Source of the DNA: Saprospiraceae bacterium
GTDB taxonomy: Bacteria; Bacteroidota; Bacteroidia; Chitinophagales; Saprospiraceae
Assembly (NCBI GenBank): GCA_020631545.1
Contig: JAHDHB010000005.1
Coordinates: 1 to 41,442 of the forward strand
Direction of reading: 5' to 3'
DNA: 41,442 nucleotides
Shown: positions 35,302 through 41,442 of the stretch, one piece after another
Numbering within the stretch: the first letter of the stretch is position 1
How the letters are laid out: each line of letters opens with the position of its first letter
Notes under the pieces: model-generated
What the model was told of the DNA's origin: nothing
The model's input: only the letters and a program-made list of their open reading frames with translations
Databases searched by the model: none
Position numbers and translations under genes: made by a program

Positions 35302-36189
35302 TTAAGAAATTTCTAATTTTTTTGTCGGAATTTTTCGGTTAATTCGTTTTATCATTCCCCGCAAAACAGCCCCAGTTCCACCTACTTCGACAAATTCTTC
35401 AATACCATCAGCTAACATATTTTGGACAGTTTGAGTCCAACGTACAGGAGCCGTTAATTGAGCAATCAGATTTTCTTGAATGACCATAGGCGAAGTGGTT
35501 GATGCGGCAGTAATATTTTGATAAATAGGGCATTGAGGCTCCTTGAAAGTGGTCTGTTTGATTGCTGCTTCTAACTTATCTTTAGCGGGCGCCATCATTG
35601 GTGAGTGAAATGCACCTCCTACTTGTAGTACTTTGACCATTCTTGCGCCTGCTTTTTTCAAGTCTACTACAGCCGCTTCGATCCCTTCTTCAGAACCTGA
35701 AATAACTAACTGGCCAGGGCAATTATAATTTGCTGCTACCACTGTTTTATCTATGGCATTACAAACATCCTCAACGATTTTATCGTCTAAGCCAATGACT
35801 GCGGCCATAGTTCCTGCGGCGCCTTCACAAGCTTCTTGCATAGCATTGGCTCTTTGGCTAACGAGTTGTAGGCCATCCTCAAAACTTAAGGCACCACAAG
35901 CTACTAATGCTGAAAATTCTCCTAAGGAATGTCCAGCAACTGCTGAAGGCTGGATTCCTTTACCACCTAAACGATAACTGATGATAGAGTGTAAGAAAAT
36001 AGCTGGTTGTGTAACCTTCGTTTGCTTTAAGTCTTCTGCACTACCTTCAAACATAATATTGCTCAACTTAAAGCCAAGGATTTCATTGGCACGGACAAAT
36101 AGCGCTTTTGCTTCGTCGTGAGCCATGTATAAGTCCTTTCCCATTCCTACAAATTGGGCGCCTTGCCCTGGAAAAACATATGCGGTCAT
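35302..36189 (-). CDS. fabD: Malonyl-CoA:ACP transacylase
   Basis: 295 aa. It has FPGQGAQFVGMG, the active site GHSLGEFSAL and GAFHSPMM. Confidence 0.92.
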   Translation of the reverse strand: MTAYVFPGQGAQFVGMGKDLYMAHDEAKALFVRANEILGFKLSNIMFEGSAEDLKQTKVTQPAIFLHSIISYRLGGKGIQPSAVAGHSLGEFSALVACGALSFEDGLQLVSQRANAMQEACEGAAGTMAAVIGLDDKIVEDVCNAIDKTVVAANYNCPGQLVISGSEEGIEAAVVDLKKAGARMVKVLQVGGAFHSPMMAPAKDKLEAAIKQTTFKEPQCPIYQNITAASTTSPMVIQENLIAQLTAPVRWTQTVQNMLADGIEEFVEVGGTGAVLRGMIKRINRKIPTKKLEIS

Positions 36190-36355
36190 AATTAATTATA
36201 AATTTCAAGTGCTAAATAGAAGGTAATAGCTTAATTAGTTGGATAGCAACTAAACGTACTTAACGTCATATTTGTTTGATTCTTCTTCGAAAAAACATCT
36301 AAAAGTCTTTTACTTCGAGAACCACTAAAGGCATTACTCCTAATTTCTTGACAAC

Positions 36356-36952
36356 TTAACTCAATTTTTTATTGATCAAGGTCAAAAATTCATTTCTTGT
36401 CTCTACATTTTTAAATGCTCCTGTAAAAGCAGAAGTGGTCGTGAGTGAGTTTTGCTTTTGCACTCCACGCATCATCATGCACATGTGCCGAGCTTCTATG
36501 ACGATAGCCACACCCTGAGGTTTTAAAGTCTCCTCAATACAATTAAGTACATCAAGGGTGAGGCGTTCTTGTACTTGTAAACGTCGTGCAAAGACATCAA
36601 CGACACGAGGCAACTTACTTAACCCAACGATATAACCATCAGGAATGTAAGCGATATGAGCCTTACCATAAAATGGAAGCATATGATGTTCACAAAGTGA
36701 AAAAACCTCAATGTCTTTGACAATAACCATTTCATTATAGCTTTCTTTGAACATTGCAGAACGCAAAATCTCTGCGGCATCCAAGTCATAGCCATGCGTC
36801 AAAAACTGAATAGCTTTTGCCGCTCGTTCGGGAGTTTTTACAAGGCCTTCGCGCTTGTAGTCTTCACCAATTTGCCCAAGAATTGATTGATATTTACCCA
36901 TCAAATCTAACGTAATCTCCTTGTCGTATTCTTCTGTTTTCTTATACCCCAT
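36356..36952 (-). CDS. folE: GTP cyclohydrolase I
   Basis: 198 aa. [37 protein letters not shown] and [12 protein letters not shown] are FolE motifs. Confidence 0.92.
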   Translation of the reverse strand: MGYKKTEEYDKEITLDLMGKYQSILGQIGEDYKREGLVKTPERAAKAIQFLTHGYDLDAAEILRSAMFKESYNEMVIVKDIEVFSLCEHHMLPFYGKAHIAYIPDGYIVGLSKLPRVVDVFARRLQVQERLTLDVLNCIEETLKPQGVAIVIEARHMCMMMRGVQKQNSLTTTSAFTGAFKNVETRNEFLTLINKKLS

Positions 36953-37076
36953 AAGTTGAAGTTATTTTTTAGCAAAAAAATTAAAGAGTTAAGCAACTCT
37001 GAATTTATCAAAACACCGATACTGCTCCAAAAGGAAACTTCTGCAAAATAAGAAGTTAAAATCATAATGATGGTTT

Positions 37077-37090
37077 CATACATCTTATTT
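37077..37090. repeat. Short copy of the heptad motif (CATACAT cttattt)
   Basis: gtttcatacat here (37073-37083) shares an 11-mer with 39469-39479. Confidence 0.3.
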
Positions 37091-37190
37091 TATGAAAACA
37101 TACTTTTCGGAGTAGATTCAAAACCAGATAGAATAATAGGTTTACTAACCAATCTCTCTAATCTATGATGTTTTGCAAGATGCGTTTGGG

Positions 37191-37604
37191 TTACTCACCA
37201 TAATATTCGGTAAAGATCTTATCAGTTTCTTGAAGCTTGATGCAGTGAAGTTCACAAGCATCCAAATGAGGCGCTATTTCATGGAAAATATAGTAAGCTA
37301 AATTTTCCGAGGTCGTTTGTTTCCCATCTGGTATAAAACTAGGATCAAGATTTAAATTTTTATGATCTAAGACGTCTATAATATATTTGTTGACGATTTT
37401 ACTGATGTGTTTAGCATTGGCGACCATCCCTGTTTCAGGATCAGGTGTACCTTTTACGGTTACAAATAGCTTATAATTATGGCCATGGTAGTTCTTGTGT
37501 GCGCATTTGCCAAACATAGCCATATTTTTCTCCTCACTCCATCCATCAACCCAAAGTCGGTGTGCAGCACTAAAATGTTCTACTCTAGTAAGATAAACAA
37601 TCAT
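37191..37604 (-). CDS. queD: 6-carboxy-5,6,7,8-tetrahydropterin synthase (6-pyruvoyl-tetrahydropterin synthase family)
   Basis: 137 aa. FSAAHRL, CAHKNYHGHNY (zinc His ligands) and DHKNLN support the call. It lies next to folE. Confidence 0.85.
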   Translation of the reverse strand: MIVYLTRVEHFSAAHRLWVDGWSEEKNMAMFGKCAHKNYHGHNYKLFVTVKGTPDPETGMVANAKHISKIVNKYIIDVLDHKNLNLDPSFIPDGKQTTSENLAYYIFHEIAPHLDACELHCIKLQETDKIFTEYYGE

Positions 37605-38054
37605 TTCTTTATGTGATTATAACAGATAAACTTAAAAATGGCAACTCCTTGGCCATCTGCGCCGCAAAAATACAAAGATTTTTGTTAAGACCACCCCATT
37701 TGGGTTTCCTTCCATTATTTAAGTTCTGATTTTCATCCATCTTTATTCTTACAAGGTATTAATTTCGAATAAGAAATAAATACTAATTGAAGTATGGTGA
37801 TTACTAAAATAGCTTTTAGTTTATGCGTAGAAGTCATGTGTTTTTTCAATTTGTTTAAACAAATTAAAGATGATGAATGTAAAACAATAGCTTACTGAAT
37901 TTGTTCATTATGTAATACCTGTATGTGGCAAATTTCACAGATTAAGTAACTTACTTACCTTAATATAGGCATTATGCCTATCTAATTTTAACTTAAGTGG
38001 AAGTTAAATAAAATTTAAACTAAGGAATTAGTTGAAGTTTTCCCAAACCTTCCC

Positions 38055-38062
38055 TATATTTG
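38055..38062 (+). promoter_or_regulatory. Candidate -7 box (TATATTTG) implying a ~125-nt leader for the DoxX/MauE-like gene
   Basis: Exact TAnnTTTG. It is the only exact match I see on the plus strand in the 590-bp spacer upstream of 38195. Confidence 0.4.
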
Positions 38063-38194
38063 CCCATATGAAGAATAATTGGAGTTGATAATGGGGAATT
38101 TGCCGATTATCCTTACCTTGCAACTCGCTTGATGTAAGCTTAATTTTAGCACCCCAAGGAATAGACTCAACAATCAACAAATCATTATAACATT

Positions 38195-39433
38195 ATGACG
38201 ATTTACACTTTAATACTTTATACGGCCATTGCTGGAGGAATTTTTACTGGGGTCAGTAGTTTGCTTAGAAAACCAGAGAATTGGGCCATTGATTTTATCA
38301 AAAATTTTGTAGGCTGCCTATTTATTTTTTCGGGTTTTGTGAAAGCCATTGATCCAATGGGCACCGCTTTCAAGATGGAACAGTATTTAGCGGAGTTCAA
38401 CTTAATGATTTTGGCGCCACTTTCTTTGACGGGTTCAGTTTTTATGATTGTTCTAGAAATTGTGTTAGGGATTGCCTTACTTCTAGGCGTTTATCGTAAA
38501 TGGACGGTATGGATTATGGTTCCACTCATCGGTTTCTTTACTTTACTCACGGGGTATACTTCTATTACAGGTAATGTAACGGATTGTGGGTGTTTTGGCG
38601 ATTTTTTGAAACTTAAGCCTATTGTTTCCTTCAGTAAAGATATTTTCCTAGGCGTTTTGACGGCTCTTTTAGTTTGGAAGCATGACAAAATAACGCCCTT
38701 ACTTAAAGATATTCGAATTCCTACAGGTATTCTTGCGGTTACTGCTGCTGGGTTTCTTTGGTTCTGCTTTAGCAATTTTTATACAGGATTGCCAAGTACT
38801 GATTTCCGTCCATTTAAAGAAGGCGTAAATATTCCTAAACAAAAAGCTATTGAAGACGCCAATGAAGATGAAATTGTTCGGTACATGACCTTGGCTAACA
38901 AGGATACAAAAGAAGTAAAAGAAGTAACGGCAACGGAATATGCAGCGGATAAAACACTTTGGCAACAAGGAACGCCTTGGGTTTTGGACAAGGAGAAGAC
39001 GAGAGAAGTCGTTCTAAAAGAAGGAAGTACTTCCAAAATCAAAGAATTTGAATTTTCCAATGCAGAAGGTATTCCCGTGTGGGAAGAACTTATGGCAGAT
39101 CCGAACTATAGTTTTATGGTGATTTCATATAGCCGTGAAAAATCTGATAAGGATGCCTTCCAAAATAAGGTAAATCCACTGCTTAATGCAGCCGAAAAAG
39201 ATGGTTTGAAAGGCTTCTGCGTCACAGCATTAGGAGATCCAGAGGAGATTGAAGACTTCCGACACAATATCCAAGCAGCTTATCCATTTCATACTGCTGA
39301 TGACATCCTACTGAAAACGATTATTCGTTCTAATCCTGGTGTTTTATTGATGAAAAATGGAACAATTGTCAAGAAATTCCATCATAGAGAATTACCCGAT
39401 TATGCAACAATCAAGGGGAAATTTATGAAGTAA
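38195..39433 (+). CDS. DoxX/MauE-like integral membrane domain fused to a thioredoxin-fold-like soluble domain
   Basis: 412 aa. It has ~5 hydrophobic helices and the membrane-embedded motif TDCGCFGDFLKLKP, typical of MauE/DoxX redox-associated proteins. The C-terminal ~200 aa (FMVISYSREKSDKDAF...NPGVLLMKNGTIV) resembles a Trx-like fold but has no CxxC. Confidence 0.65.
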   Translation: MTIYTLILYTAIAGGIFTGVSSLLRKPENWAIDFIKNFVGCLFIFSGFVKAIDPMGTAFKMEQYLAEFNLMILAPLSLTGSVFMIVLEIVLGIALLLGVYRKWTVWIMVPLIGFFTLLTGYTSITGNVTDCGCFGDFLKLKPIVSFSKDIFLGVLTALLVWKHDKITPLLKDIRIPTGILAVTAAGFLWFCFSNFYTGLPSTDFRPFKEGVNIPKQKAIEDANEDEIVRYMTLANKDTKEVKEVTATEYAADKTLWQQGTPWVLDKEKTREVVLKEGSTSKIKEFEFSNAEGIPVWEELMADPNYSFMVISYSREKSDKDAFQNKVNPLLNAAEKDGLKGFCVTALGDPEEIEDFRHNIQAAYPFHTADDILLKTIIRSNPGVLLMKNGTIVKKFHHRELPDYATIKGKFMK

Positions 39434-39451
39434 AATCGAAATAAGAAGCAA

Positions 39452-39501
39452 GATGTAAGAAATCTTCCGTTTCATACATTATACCTCTTATATCATACAT
39501 C
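39452..39501. repeat. Heptad-motif cluster in inverted arrangement (GATGTAAG ... CATACAT ... CATACATC)
   Basis: gatgtaag (39452-39459) is opposed by catacat at 39473-39479 and at 39494-39500. This is the same family as 2768-2795. Confidence 0.45.
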
Positions 39502-39666
39502 AAAAGTCTTGTGGAGCAATTAAAAAAGCATCTCTTAACGTATTGGAAGCCATTGCTATTTTTAGCGATGGCTATCCTTGTCTTTATCATTAAGGGAGGT
39601 GATTTCTTTGCTTCCTTGTGGGCTATTTTTCTATTGGGGGCTGGTATCTTAGTTACGGTGTTTTCC

Positions 39667-40743
39667 ATGCGTCACCCAAGGTTTATGGCCAAACGCTTAG
39701 GCTATGGAGCAGCAGTTTTAGTCTTGGTCGTACTCATTATTTCAGCTATAATCTACCTCGCACCTGTCGATCCGGCTAAAATTTTCTTCGGTGAAAACTA
39801 CTCTATTGAAGAACTTGAACGGAAAAGAAAAGAAGTGGGGCTAGATCAACCTCTTCCGATACAATTAGCCATGTATTTGAATGATGTTTCACCAATCTCA
39901 AAACATTTAGATAATGAGCCTAATGCTGAAAAATATAACTACACAAGATTAATTCCCTTAGGAAAAGATGTTCTTGTGTTAAAAATGCCCTATTTAAGGG
40001 AGTCTTTTCAAAGTGGACGTTTAGTCAGTGAATTGATTTGGGAACGCATTCCTAGAACGGCTATTCTTGCTTTTACTTCGATTTCTATCGCCTTAATTAT
40101 TGGTTTAATTTTAGGCATCATTGCTTCCTTGCGCCAAAATTCTTGGTTTGACAATATAGCCGTGGTGACTTCGGTACTAGGTTATTCCTTACCGAGTTAT
40201 GTTACGGGTATTATTGTGGCCATCATTTTTGGTCATTATCTTTCGCCTTGGACAGGACTCAATTTACAAGGAGGTATAGTTGATTTTTCGGAAGACCTAG
40301 AGACTTTAGGACAAGAAATTTATGTTTGGAAAAATCTAATACTGCCCGCCATTGCACTCGGTATTCGTCCCGTAGCTTTGATTACACAACTGACAAGAAG
40401 TACAATGCTTGAAGTTTTGTCGGAAGATTATATTCGAACGGCTAAATCCAAGGGATTATCTTATTATACAGTTATTGTCAAACATGCTTTACGCAATGCC
40501 TTAAACCCTGTGATTACTGCCGCCTCTGGATGGTTTGCAGCCTTACTAGCTGGCGCATTTTTTATCGAAAATGTATTTAATTACAATGGCTTAGGTTTAT
40601 TGACAGTGAAGGCTTTGTTGGAGTTTGACAGTCCTGTTGTCTTAGGATGTGTGTTGTTTACAGCCATTACTTTTGTAACGATCAATATTCTGATCGATAT
40701 CCTGTATGCCTACTTGGATCCAAGAGTAAGTGTTAGTGAATAA
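39667..40743 (+). CDS. ABC transporter permease, DppB/OppB-like (binding-protein-dependent transport inner-membrane component)
   Basis: AIIYLAPVDPAKIFFG near the N-terminus, and the EAA-loop region SEDYIRTAKSKGLSYYTVIVKHALRNALNPVIT. The start is ambiguous. The ORF is open from GTG 39511, which would add two hydrophobic segments. ATGs occur at 39568, 39667 and 39685. Confidence 0.8.
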   Translation: MRHPRFMAKRLGYGAAVLVLVVLIISAIIYLAPVDPAKIFFGENYSIEELERKRKEVGLDQPLPIQLAMYLNDVSPISKHLDNEPNAEKYNYTRLIPLGKDVLVLKMPYLRESFQSGRLVSELIWERIPRTAILAFTSISIALIIGLILGIIASLRQNSWFDNIAVVTSVLGYSLPSYVTGIIVAIIFGHYLSPWTGLNLQGGIVDFSEDLETLGQEIYVWKNLILPAIALGIRPVALITQLTRSTMLEVLSEDYIRTAKSKGLSYYTVIVKHALRNALNPVITAASGWFAALLAGAFFIENVFNYNGLGLLTVKALLEFDSPVVLGCVLFTAITFVTINILIDILYAYLDPRVSVSE

Positions 40744-40946
40744 CTGTTCTTTTTTTATTGTTGGAGTGACGTGAGGATAGTCATTGATTTGAAAAAGGAA
40801 TTAGAACAGTTGAATGGTCGTTTTTTCGACTGTAAAGACTCAAGTTTATAAAGATAACCATTATCGAAGTTCGCCAGATTTATACACTTTTTTCTTCTAT
40901 TTGGATAAATATAGGAGCTAAAGGAACTTTCGAATAACCATTCACT

Positions 40947-41442
40947 ATGCATATCTTTCTAATCGGTTTTATGGGCTGTGGCAAAAGCTATTCAGGAAAA
41001 AGACTAGCAACGCTACTAGATCTTCCTTTTATTGATTTAGACGCTTTTATCGAAGAAAAGGCAGGAGAAAGTATTAGTGAAATTTTTGAAAATCAAGGAG
41101 AAAATACGTTTAGAGGGATCGAAAGTCTTAGCTTGAAACTTTTAGGCAATCACCCTGACGCCGTGATTGCTACAGGAGGAGGTACACCTTGTTTCTTTAA
41201 TAATATCGCGTGGATGAATGAAAATGGAATGACGATTTATCTAAAAACCTCACCAAAAAAATTAGCAAGTCGATTGAAAAATGAAAAAAGCAAACGACCA
41301 TTAGTTGCTAAATTAAATGAAAAGGAATTATTAGATTTTATAGTAGTTAAACTAGAAGAAAGAAAAAAATATTACGAACAAGTAAAAATTATTCTTATTC
41401 AAGATAATCAGGATGTTGCAGCTGACCTTTTTAGTCGAATAC
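40947..41442 (+). CDS. aroK: Shikimate kinase; 3' end runs off the window
   Basis: My own translation from ATG 40947 has no stop through 41442: MHIFLIGFMGCGKSYSGKRLATLLDLPFIDLDAFIEEKAGESISEIFENQGENTFRGIES...VIATGGGTPCF... It contains the Walker A motif GFMGCGKS and the GGG motif. It is absent from the ORF track because it is truncated. Confidence 0.85.
   Translation, partial: MHIFLIGFMGCGKSYSGKRLATLLDLPFIDLDAFIEEKAGESISEIFENQGENTFRGIESLSLKLLGNHPDAVIATGGGTPCFFNNIAWMNENGMTIYLKTSPKKLASRLKNEKSKRPLVAKLNEKELLDFIVVKLEERKKYYEQVKIILIQDNQDVAADLFSRI

Noticed and set aside
22581-37604. Apparent clustering of tRNA maturation and modification genes (tsaC, cca, tsaD, folE/queD) as a functional island
   Set aside because: The genes are on different strands, separated by unrelated genes and terminators, and are universal housekeeping functions. 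Most likely this is coincidence in a core chromosomal region.
37605-37730. preQ1 riboswitch in the queD leader (minus strand reads ...cccaaatggggtggtcTTAACAAAAAtc..., reminiscent of the A-rich tail of class I preQ1 aptamers)
   Set aside because: The required ~5-bp P1 hairpin immediately 5' of the A-rich tail is missing; only a 3-bp ccc/ggg pairing is available. The loop C and U positions cannot be placed. The resemblance is limited to an A-rich 9-mer.
39423-39668. 81-aa minus-strand ORF overlapping the heptad repeats and the permease 5' region
   Set aside because: Its sequence (..YDIRGIMYETEDF..) is simply the translated heptad repeat, and it overlaps a supported plus-strand gene.
40755-40952. 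65-aa minus-strand ORF between the permease gene and aroK
   Set aside because: It overlaps the aroK start and promoter region and has no motif.
1-41442. CRISPR arrays, tRNA/rRNA genes, transposases, integrases, prophage or toxin-antitoxin modules
   Set aside because: I scanned the intergenic regions and the ORF track and found no spaced direct repeats, cloverleaf candidates or mobility-gene motifs. The only repeats are the short heptads and hairpins reported above.

Overview
AT-rich chromosomal segment that looks like Bacteroidota. The evidence is T9SS-type C-terminal sorting domains, a gliding-type CTD, BshC, exact TAnnTTTG -7 boxes and no Shine-Dalgarno-dependent spacing. I found no rRNA, tRNA, CRISPR array, transposase, integrase or phage gene.

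Most of the window is tightly packed housekeeping: hldD, a rhodanese/PASTA/ddl operon, ferredoxin plus a LuxC-like acyl-CoA reductase, a YbgC thioesterase, tsaC, cca, nnr, tsaD, bshC, fabD, folE, queD, a DppB-like permease and aroK.

The accessory-looking part is roughly 9.6-22.5 kb. It holds five large exported proteins: an orphan P-domain T9SS protein, an S41 tail-specific protease, a 902-aa VIT-VWA protein, a 1095-aa TPR-CHAT protein, and a PKD/type-B-CTD protein.

The best candidate for an undescribed system is the head-to-head VIT-VWA / TPR-CHAT pair (13973-20196). The caspase-fold CHAT protease has an intact His/Cys dyad. It is predicted to sit outside the cytoplasm, with a signal peptide and a C-terminal tail anchor. 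Its partner has a complete MIDAS motif and an unassigned N-terminal domain.

Other points worth a second look:
- a tandem Ddl-Ddl fusion (894 aa) whose stop overlaps, across an A8 run, the start of a PASTA-only membrane protein
- a ~165-nt element closed by a 21-position stem in the tsaC-cca spacer (candidate sRNA or MITE)
- a dispersed ATGTAWG/CWTACAT heptad repeat family in at least five intergenic sites, often in inverted pairs
- a 25-bp perfect palindrome after the VIT-VWA gene
- a GC-rich structured island after cca

All functional calls come from reading motifs by eye. No searches were run.
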